Positions 37,691-46,800 of a stretch of 64,000 nt of DNA are shown in pieces. A program made the position numbers and the translations under genes. Position 1 is the first letter of the stretch. Every line of letters begins with the position of its first letter. This DNA is from Pseudomonadota bacterium (GTDB lineage: Archaea > Thermoplasmatota > SW-10-69-26 > JACQPN01 > JAJPHT01), in contig JAJPHT010000030.1 of the NCBI GenBank assembly GCA_021325135.1, positions 64,001-128,000 on the forward strand, in the 5' to 3' direction. The notes under the pieces were generated by a model. The model had not been told where the DNA came from, searched no databases, and saw nothing but the letters and a program-made list of their open reading frames with translations.

Positions 37691-38866
37691 ATGGCCATCT
37701 CGCCGACGGGACGCTTGCCTGGACCTGGTTCTTCATGCTCCCGCAGGGAGGAACCTGACGTGGCACATCGGCGCCGCTGGAGGTGGCCATCTCCCCGCCT
37801 CTTGCACCACGGCTACTGGCCCCACTACCTCATCCTGGCAGTAGCTCTCGTCCTGCTCATCGTCGCCATCGCGGTCTCGCAGGTTGCTGTCCTGGTGGCG
37901 GCGCTCTTCGCGGGCGCACTCGGTGTCGCGTTGTGCGCGCCCGGCTTGAGGAGACGCCACCAGTTCCGGCGCGCAGCAGCGAAGGCGTTCGAGAACTCCA
38001 TGCCCGCGGGCGTGGCCTTGCCGAAGCTCTTCGAGCTCCAAGAAGAACTCGGCCTAAGCGCCACCGAGGCCATGGGCATCATGAACGACGAAGCCGCCCG
38101 CCGCGCCCCCCCACCCCAGCCTCGCGACAAGCGGCGTTTCGTCCCACCTCGCCCCCCGCCAGACAGCCCGGAGTGGCGCTGCGCAAACGAACTGGCCCAG
38201 TGGGACCCAACGACGAAACTCCTCGTGATCCACGCCAAGCCCCTCACTCAGTTCAACAAAGAGGAGGCGGTGAAGATCATCGACGCCGCCCGCGCGCTCT
38301 TGGGCAAGGCGCGTGGCTACACGCTGCTCTTCGATGGTGCCGCGCACCCTGACTTGTACGATGCGACGACAGAGACGATGGAGTTCTGGTTTCCCCTCTT
38401 CCGGACCATCCGGCGGCCCAAGCACTTCGTCGCCATCAACGTCCCGCGCAATGCCTCCTTCATCGTCGAGGCGTTCGGGCGTGCCGCCCAGCGCCATGCA
38501 TACCTCTTCCGCAACCGACGGATGGCCCTGACTTGGCCAGAGCAACCATTGGAGGTCCGCATCCAGGGGGCGCGGCTCTGTTGGAGTGACATGGAAATCC
38601 GACGCTTCCGCATCCGAACCATCACCCCGGGCACGCTGATCCTCCTACCTGGGCTGGTCGGTCTCGTCCTACGTGGGTGGCTGTGGACCTCCAACAAGCC
38701 CCTGGCCATCGCCCGGGCGCTGGGGTACCTCTTCGTGCTCGTCGGTGGAGTCCTCATCGCCGTGGGCTTCTTCACGTTCCCCTGGGAGGACGAAGAGGAG
38801 CGGGCGGCGCGCCTGGCGCTGGCATCCAACGGAACAGACGACCTGAGCCAAGGGGATCAGGCATGA
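37691..38866 (+). CDS. Membrane protein: 2-TM/LGLS module, STAS/SEC14 (SpoIIAA-like) domain, 2 TM
   Basis: HHGYWPHYL, TM helices, RRR and LQEELGLSATEA. Central ..YTLLFDG...HFVAIN..ASFIV...AYLFRNRRMALTW pattern. Alternative start GTG 37760 has a GGAGG RBS. Confidence 0.7.
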   Translation: MAISPTGRLPGPGSSCSRREEPDVAHRRRWRWPSPRLLHHGYWPHYLILAVALVLLIVAIAVSQVAVLVAALFAGALGVALCAPGLRRRHQFRRAAAKAFENSMPAGVALPKLFELQEELGLSATEAMGIMNDEAARRAPPPQPRDKRRFVPPRPPPDSPEWRCANELAQWDPTTKLLVIHAKPLTQFNKEEAVKIIDAARALLGKARGYTLLFDGAAHPDLYDATTETMEFWFPLFRTIRRPKHFVAINVPRNASFIVEAFGRAAQRHAYLFRNRRMALTWPEQPLEVRIQGARLCWSDMEIRRFRIRTITPGTLILLPGLVGLVLRGWLWTSNKPLAIARALGYLFVLVGGVLIAVGFFTFPWEDEEERAARLALASNGTDDLSQGDQA

Positions 38867-39393
38867 TCCCCAGCTTCCCCCCTCGACTCCAAATGCTCCT
38901 GGACAAGCTCTTCCCTGTCGTTCAGAAGCCCTTGTCCGTGGAGGACCTCTGCACGCTCTATGAGTTCCATGTCGAGCGCGAAGATTACGCGGCTGCCTTG
39001 CGCTGGATCCAGAGTGCCAGGAAACTTGCGCCCACGAGCGTGGACCTGATGGAACGCGAGGCGGACGTGCTTGCCTTCATGGGCAAGACCGACGAGGCCA
39101 CGGTCCTCTGGCAACTGGCGCATGCGGCTGGAAGCGACAGCGCGGCCTACCACGCCGCGCTTCACGCTGAACGGGCCCACGACGTTGGCAGGCTCAAGGA
39201 ATTCCTGCTGTTGGCCATCGAGCGCGATCCGGATCCTGACGAAGTGCTCCTTTTCATCGGTGCATTGGATCCTTCCCTTCACGTTGTTGCGCGGGACCCC
39301 GAGATCAAGCGGGCGATACGCAGGGCTCGGAAGTGGCCGCCTATGCCCGTGCAGGGGAGGCGCATCGAGCCGCCTGCTCAAGATTCCCTGTAG
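38863..39393 (+). CDS. Soluble TPR protein (paralog)
   Basis: ATGA overlap; AAALRWIQSARKLAPTSVDLMEREA...A.AAGSDSAAY...LLAIERDP. Confidence 0.8.
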   Translation: MIPSFPPRLQMLLDKLFPVVQKPLSVEDLCTLYEFHVEREDYAAALRWIQSARKLAPTSVDLMEREADVLAFMGKTDEATVLWQLAHAAGSDSAAYHAALHAERAHDVGRLKEFLLLAIERDPDPDEVLLFIGALDPSLHVVARDPEIKRAIRRARKWPPMPVQGRRIEPPAQDSL

Positions 39394-39479
39394 GGGGCGT
39401 AGTGTCTCGTGTGCGTCGCCATGGTTTGTTCCCGATTGCTTGGTGAGGGGTTGCGTTGAAGCCGCGGGCTGAGAAACCG

Positions 39480-40001
39480 ATGCGAGCCAAGGAGAGCAAG
39501 AAACTCCCCTGGACTCCGAAGCGAGGGCGCTCGAAGGTTCCTGCGAAGCTCTTGCGAATCATCCAGGAGCGGCCAGGGATACCAGTGACCGAGCTTGAGG
39601 GCCGCCTTGGCATCGGAACGGGCACCATGCGCCATCACCTGCAGACGCTCCAGCGGGCGGGCAAGCTGCACTTCGTCCGACAGGGACGCAGGCTCCTCAT
39701 CTACCCCCCCGGGGCCGGAAGCGACGCTCTCGCCGAAGGACTCCTCAGGGGAGCCACCAGCCGTGCAGTAGCAACCACCATTCGAGAGCATCCGGGTGGA
39801 GACGTCGCTTCCCTCCACCGACTCCTGGGACTGAGCGAGCGAGTCGTCTACTATCATTTGCAACGTCTCATGGAAGCGGGATTGGTCGCATCATCCGGCG
39901 AAAACCGTCTGCGCGATCTATCCGCGACCGGCAAGCTCGAAGCCCTCCTCGCGCGGCTCGAACCGAGTCCCACTGACGAAGTCTCAAGGGAGACGGAGTG
40001 A
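39480..40001 (+). CDS. Tandem winged-HTH regulator, paralog of the 25034 gene
   Basis: IIQERPGI...RHHLQTLQRAGKL..RQGRRLLIYP...AEGLLRGAT...RVVYYHLQRLMEAGLV. Confidence 0.85.
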   Translation: MRAKESKKLPWTPKRGRSKVPAKLLRIIQERPGIPVTELEGRLGIGTGTMRHHLQTLQRAGKLHFVRQGRRLLIYPPGAGSDALAEGLLRGATSRAVATTIREHPGGDVASLHRLLGLSERVVYYHLQRLMEAGLVASSGENRLRDLSATGKLEALLARLEPSPTDEVSRETE

Positions 40002-40574
40002 GTGCAAGCCCCAACTGTTGACCGGATAACCGGCTGGCGATATCGGGGCCACGCGCGAACCGTGGCGCTACGTGCCACGTGGAACCGCGCTTTGGCGCTG
40101 GTCAAAATCAGGCGCGCAAGGGCCAAGGACTGGGGGAAGCTCGCGGACGCCGCGGGCAACTGGCACGATTTGGCCAATTGCCTCGCATATATCGAGGAGG
40201 CCCGCCGCTTGGCTCCCCAAGATTCCGAGTATGTGATGACCGAGGCCTGGGCTCGCACGGAGCTCGGAATCGCGACGCAGGACGATGCACAGATGGAGCG
40301 CGCCTGGTCCTTGTGGCGCGAGGCTGACGCGCTGGGCAATCTCGAAGCGGCATACGAGGCCGCCATCTACGCGGCTCAACAGAAGGACGCAAAACACGCA
40401 GCCGAGTTTCTCTGCCTCGCCATTCGGGACAGGCCCGATGTTGTAACCCGCCTCCTCGCCGCTGACGTGGACGAGCCTATCGTTGTCTTCCTCAGACAGG
40501 TTGCCTGGAACCCAGAAGTCCGGGCCGCGCTTCACGAAGCCCGAGAAAAGACAAGCACGCCTGATGGAGCGTGA
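40002..40574 (+). CDS. Soluble TPR protein (paralog)
   Basis: Abuts the wHTH stop; CLAYIEEARRLAPQDSEY..TEA...GNLEAAYEAA...FLCLAIRDRP. Confidence 0.75.
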   Translation: MQAPTVDRITGWRYRGHARTVALRATWNRALALVKIRRARAKDWGKLADAAGNWHDLANCLAYIEEARRLAPQDSEYVMTEAWARTELGIATQDDAQMERAWSLWREADALGNLEAAYEAAIYAAQQKDAKHAAEFLCLAIRDRPDVVTRLLAADVDEPIVVFLRQVAWNPEVRAALHEAREKTSTPDGA

Positions 40575-40654
40575 TCGAACCCGTGCAACCCCGCCCAAAT
40601 CGAAGATGCTCGAAACGACCCGGATCGCCCTCAACCCACGACATGCGTGAAACC

Positions 40655-40805
40655 ATGACCATCCGCATACTGCTCCTACTGGCCGCAGGCCTCACCTTCG
40701 CTCCCTTGATTTCCTTCTTGCCGTCCGGCTACGCGGTGGACCCGACCGGCAACGACGCCGGCACCGGCCACGACGCCGGCGAGAACGAGGCTGAGGCGGT
40801 AGTCG
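40655..40805 (+). pseudogene. 5' fragment of a secreted DxGxGxDA-motif protein, truncated at a junction with the giant minus-strand gene
   Basis: MTIRILLLLAAGLTFAPLISFLPSGYA-VDPTGNDAGTGHDAGENEAEAVV resembles the N-termini of the 1612 and 2588 genes. Beyond about 40805 the frame is only the antisense shadow of the giant ORF. Confidence 0.6.
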
Positions 40806-43800
40806 CGGGCCGTTCCGCTGGGCAGGTTGAGCGTGACGCTTCCCGTCAAAGGCCCGTTCAGCATGGTCTGGGCGCTGGCCTCTTGGGAGAGGAAGTCGTC
40901 GTTGCTGGTGTTGATCCAGGCCACGACGAGGCCATCGGCGGCCGCGTTGAGGGTGAGGCTTGCGGCGAGGCTGGCCTGCGTTGGCGTGCCCGCGCTGCGG
41001 ATGGGACTGACCCACCGGGCGCTGGATGTGCCGGGGGCAATGCGCAGCACGCCTTGGCTCGTGTCGATGCTTTGCGCGGGGCCGTGCTGGTTCCAGTCCG
41101 ACTGGTTCTGGACCACCCACGTTTGCCGCGGCAGGATGAGGCTGCTGGTGGGCGCGGCGGGCGCGTGGTGGTCGTACTGGCCGGGGCTCGTGATCCACTC
41201 GCGCCCTTTGAGCTTGCCTTGGGCTCCAGCGGCGAGGCTGAGGTACGTGTCGCGGTATCCCGTGCGGTCGGTGCTCGTGTAAGTGTAGGAGAGGTTGAAG
41301 GGGCTGGCCTGGTTGGCGAAGGACTGGTTGAACGTCCACAGCGACGTGCTCCCATCGTCGTAGTCGCTCAGGTGGCCCGAGACGCCTTGGAGTGGGCCTG
41401 CGCTGAAGTCGAGCACGCCATTGTCGCTCAGGTCCACGAACGAGTCCGCAGCCGTGACGACGATGCTCTGGGTCTGGGATCGCAGGATGAGGGTTCGGGC
41501 GGGGTCGATCTTGGCGAAGGCGTAGTGGACCCGTGCGCCGGTGAGTTGGGCGGGACCGGGATCAGGCCGGATGGTCGTGGCGCCGTGCGTGTCGCTCGAT
41601 TGGAGCGTGTACGAGGCGCTGCTCGTGGTCCAAGCGGTCCAAGGGCCCCAGGCGGTACGGTAGAGACCCGTGGCGGGATTCAGAGGCGTCAGCGGGAGGC
41701 TCGTGGTGGAGGTGACTTGGGCGGTGAAGGGGTTCGTCAGCGTGCGCAGGACGCTGAGGCCGTTGAACTGGTTGGTGGGCTCGCCACGGACGTTCTTGAC
41801 GCTGACGCGGGAGTAGTCGCTGTCAGGGGCGTTGCCTGGTGAGTCGTCGAGGCCTGAGTTGTAGTCGGTGTCGCTGGGATTGTCCGTGTCGTTGCGGCTT
41901 TCGACGTATTGGGCCACGTAGAGGCTTTTGTCGATGTCGAGGCGGTTGGGCGAGTTGAGGTCGTTCCCGAGGGCGTTGCTCGTCAGGCTCGAGGTGCCAT
42001 CAAACACGCGGAGGCTGTACCCCCAGTTCCCGTCGTACGTCGCGCTGTGCGTGCTCGTGTACGTGGACGTCGCGCTGTTGGGCACGGGGAGGCTCGTGGT
42101 GAAAAGGCCCGTGGCGGGATCGACCCCGACGGCGGATTGGTTCGCGAAGGCATCCGTGCCGTACTCGGTCGTGCCGCTGCCGCGATAGACCATGACCGTG
42201 ACGTTGCGGGCGTACCCCAGGGAAGCGTTCGGGTTCTTCACGCGGTACGCAGCGCCGTCCGCATGGCGCAGCAGGCCGCCCACCTGAACGACCTCGCCGG
42301 GCTCGTAGGCCTTGAATGGGGTCGTGGTGTTGCCCGTGATGTTGGTGTCGAGCCAGTCCGCCTGGATCGCGCGACTGACCTGCCAAGTCTCGTTGTAGGG
42401 GTCGGGCGTGGTCTGCGTGCCGTTGGGGAGCTGGAAGCTGAGGGTCCACGATCCGGCAGGGTCGGAGGACGCGTGAAGGAGGTCCGCGTTCGGAATCAGG
42501 CCTCCCGTGGTGGTCCGGGTGAGGACCTGCGTGGCGAGGGAGGGGCGCGTGAAGATCACTTGGACTTGGGTTCCGTCGGGGGCGGGCTGGCCGCGGCTGC
42601 CCCAGAGGGTGGCGTTCGCGCGCTGCGTGTCGCCCGCCATCAAATCGGCATAGGGCGCGACGGCGCCGCGGTAGGCGAGGGTGCTCTGGGCGAGCCAGAC
42701 CTTGTTGCTCACGTCGAGCAGGTTCGGCGTCGTCGCGTTGGGCGCATCGGGGAGGCTCAGGCCGGTTCCGCCCGTGGTGGTCGTCGCGCGCTGCGGCTGG
42801 TCGCCAAGGAGACGAATATCCGGGCTGTCCAAGGCGGGGGATGCTCCGGGTGTCAGGAGGACGTAGTGGTAGTCCAAGGGATCGGGGGCCAGGAGCGTGG
42901 TGGCGTTGTAGGTGTCGGGCTGGCCGGCGAGGCTCGCGGTGCAGGGCGCGCAGGCCACATCGCCAGTCTGGTTGGTGGCGCTCTGGACGGGGTCGTTCGT
43001 GCCGAAGCCGCTCGCGAGGAAGATTTGAACGGTCGTGTTGCGCAGGGGGTTTCCCCAGCGGTCCTTCAGGGTGGCGCCCACTTGAAAGGCGTCCGTCGTC
43101 GCGTACGCGGGCGTCGTCGCGCTGGCGCCCACCTCGCCAAGGACTTGGGGGGATCTGGTGCTGCCCAACAAGATCTGGTTGTCGATGTAGTAGGAGGCGT
43201 TGGTGCGCTGGCCGGTGTCGGGCCGCGTGATCATCGTCTGGAATGCGAGGCTGGTCGCGTTGTACGCCGGGGCGCGTTGGGTGTTGAACTGGACCCACGG
43301 CTGCAGGCTGTTGAAGGGGAGCTGGCGCGCGACCAGGACAGTCTCCATGATGGGTCCTGGAGACGCGTTGGGAGCGGTCTGGACTTGGTAGGTGAGCGTC
43401 TTGCTGGTCCAGGCGAGCTCGCCCCAGGCGAGCGTGTTGTTGAACGCGTCGGCCTCGCGGACCAAGAGGCTCTCCTGGGGCATGAGCACGGTGTAGTTCC
43501 ACGCCGTCGTGGACGCGTCCGGCGTCATGCCCAGCCACATGAAGGTCGCGCTCGTGCCTGTCGTCCAAGCGTAGCTGCTCAGGGCGAAGCCGGCGCTCCC
43601 AATGGGGTAGACGGCGGTCTGGGGGGCGGTCACGATGGTGACGAACGGGCGCAGCGTCTCGCCCTCGGCGCTCAGGAGCGCGTACGAGAAGGTCGCGTCC
43701 TGGGAGGTGCTCGTCTGGGCGTCTTGGACCATGACGCCCAGGAAGCAGAGGACTTCTTGCTGGTAGCTGACGAGCTCGACCTCGACGTTCAGGCTGGACG

Positions 43801-46800
43801 TCGCCGCGGTGATCTGCTTCATGGTGCCCACCACGGCGTTGGTCGTGGGGTTGACGGGGATGGCGAAGACGCGACCATCGTTGGTCGTGGCGGCGACGAG
43901 CCAGTACCTACTGCGCGCGTCGTAGGCGACGCCGTAGGCGTGCGTCATGCTGCCACTGTTGGTGGGCGTGTCGGTGCTCCGGTCGAGGATGTCGAACGTG
44001 CCCGTGCCCAAGGGGTTTCCGCGCTCGTCGAGGAAGCGGCCGCTCAGCTTGAGCGCCGTGCCCGTGCCGACGCGCTCGGCCGTAAGGAGGAACTCGCCGT
44101 TGCCGTAGACGACGTTCGGGTTCTGGGTGGCTCCCGTCGTGACGGTGAGGACTTGGCCCACCGTCGTGATCGCGTCTTGCGTGGGATCGTAGAAGGTGAC
44201 GCTGATGCCCTGGTTCGTCTGTCCGTAGTAGAGCACGATGCCTTGCTTTCCCGCGATGGCGCCCAGGCTCTGGGTGCACGATCCGCAGAGGGAGCCGACG
44301 TTGAAGCTGCGCACCAGGTTGAGGTTCGTGTCGAACTGCTTGAGGTACCACTTCTGGTCGCCCACGAGCTGATAGACGAGATAATAGGCGTCTTGGGGGC
44401 TATAGTAGGTGAGGCTGAGCAGTTGGCCCGGCGTGCCTTCCTGGTTCTTGTTGATGAGGACGACCCTGCTCTGCTGGATCTTCATGTTCGCGTCGTAGGC
44501 GCGCGCGTAGACACCGCCCGCGTCGCCGAAGAGGAAGATCGTCCGGGATCCGGTCTGGAGGGGCGTCTGCATGGTGCCCACGTCGCCTTGGCTGCTCACC
44601 GTCTGGACGCTGCCGTCGAAGGCCGTGTTGGCGGTCTTCATCCAGTTCTGGTCGTAGTCGGGCTGGAGGCGCCAGGGAGTCGTCTCGGTCTGGATCTTGC
44701 CACAGATGGACTCTCCGCGAGTGATTTGGCTTTCGGGTTGGGCGCAGCCCTCGTCGGCGTGGTACGTCTCGTAGGAGGTGACGTTGGCCGTGGTGGTGAG
44801 GTATCCGGCTTGGCTGTTGCCGTAGCTGCCGGCGGGGCCTTGGTCCCAGTCGCTGTTGCTGGTGCTGTCGATCTGATTCGTGGCGCCATTGCGCCAGGCG
44901 GCTGTGATGGCCATGCGGTAGGAGCCCGCGTAGGCCAGGTTCGCGGCGGCGGGGCCCAGCGTGTTGGCCGCGTTCTTGTTGATCCACCATTGCGTGGTGA
45001 GCGTCTGCGTGCTCGTGCCTCCCACGCCGGTGACGCTCTTGTACGAGATGCACCCCTGGGTTTCGCAGAAGGGGATGGCGAATTGGCTCGTGGTGCTGAC
45101 CTGGCTGGTGGCGAAGTTGAAGAAGGTCAGAGTCGCGTAGACCCAGTCCGTCGTGGCGTTCTGGAGGGTCCGGTTGCCCGTGGGTCCGTTGCCCCAGACC
45201 AGGTAGAGCGTGAGGTCCACGCCGTTGGCGGTGAGGCTCGTCGTCTCGGGGTAGAGGTAGAACTTGGGCGTCGCGCCCGTCGTGAACATGGATTGACCGG
45301 ATTGGGGATTGCTGGTGGGATCGTTCTGGTCGCGAGCACGAAGGGTCACGCGGTAGTTGTTCACGCCGTCGGTGCTCGTCGCGATGGCCACGCCGGGGTT
45401 GGAGAGACCGTTCCCAAAGGGGTTCCCAGCCTGGCTCAAGGTGGGCATCCCCTGGGGCGCGCCAGTGACGCGCAGGGTCACGTTGCGCAGGTCGCTGGGG
45501 CTCAAGAAGTCGCGAGATGCGACGCTCACGGCGCCCGATTGGCCCACGTCGCCTTCTCCGGCGAGGCTGACTGCGCTTACGCCGTACGTGTAGGCCTGGG
45601 GGTCCCAGTTGGGCCGGGCGTCGCTGTAGCTGGTCGCGTTGATCGTGGCGATGAGGGTTTGGGGATTCATCCGGTAGAGCCGGTAGTAGAGGATGGGCAA
45701 GCCACCATTGGCGGGAGGCGTCCATGTCAGGTGCACGATGTTGTCCGGGCGCACGCTCGCCACTGGGGTGGGTGCGTACGGGACGCGGGCGGGCGTCGCG
45801 TTGAGCCAGGCAAATCCGCCTTCGCCTTGGGCGTTCTGGGCGGCGAGCCGGTACGTGTAGGTCACGCCATTCAGGAGAGGCGCGTCCTGGTAGGTGGTGG
45901 CCGTGGGGGGCAGGGTGGTCAGGAGGGTCCAGTTGAGACTCGTGCCACGGTAGAGGTTGAGCTGGGTGATGGGGTTCCGACCGTCCCAGGCAGGAAGTAT
46001 CCAGCGCAGGCTCAGGGCGGCGTCCTGGACGCGGGCGCTCAGGTTCCGGGGCGGCGTGGGCGCCACGCCGCATCCCGCGCAAGGCAGGACGGCGACCTGG
46101 GCGCTGGGCGACGCGTTGTGGAAGGAGGAGTCGTAGGCCACGAGGCGGTAATAGGCGGGCTGGGCGTTGGGGATGCCCGCGTCGGCGTAGCTGATTGACG
46201 ACCACGAGAGGTTCGCGACGGGCTGGCCCAAGTCGAAGCCGGGCACGGCGCCGCGGTAGACGTAGTAGCCAGCGAGGCTCGTCTCGGGGTTGGCAACCCA
46301 GGTGAGGAGCGCGCCCCCATCGCGCGGCACGGCCGCAAGGCCGCTCACCGCGCCCGGGAGGGGGGGAGCATTCAGCGTGGGCGTGACGGTGAGGGAGTTG
46401 CTGGGATCTCCCGGAGTGCCTGCGAGGGCGGCCACCTGGAGACTGACCGTGACGCCGTTGGTCAAGCCGTTGAGCGTGAACGTCGTGTTCGTGCCCCCCA
46501 CGAGGGCGACCTGCGCGCCGTTCTTGAGGACCGCGTAGTTCGTGACTGGGGTACCGCTTGACTTGCTGGGCGGGCTCCAGGCCAGATCCACGGCGCCGTT
46601 GCGTGGCTGGGCCACCAGGAGGTTGGGCGAGTAGGGAGCGAAGCTGGGCGTGTCGGTCACGAGGTTCGAGGGGGCTGATTCTTGGCCGTTGGCGAGGGTC
46701 GTGACGACGAACGCGTAAGCTTGGCCCTTGACGAGGTTGTTGACGAGGTAGGACTGGTTCGCGCCGCCCGTGTCACCCACGAGCACCCGGCTCGTGCCCG

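Noticed and set aside
40571-41842. 423-aa ORF as an intact gene
   Set aside because: Only about 50 codons from 40655 look real; the rest is antisense to the giant gene.
41909-46198. 1429-aa plus-strand ORF, plus other long antisense ORFs (e.g. 147-1466, 8933-11050, 12500-15889, 53105-55504, 32811-34958)
   Set aside because: These are antisense shadows of strongly GC3-biased real genes. Their composition is V/G/R/E-rich with no motifs.
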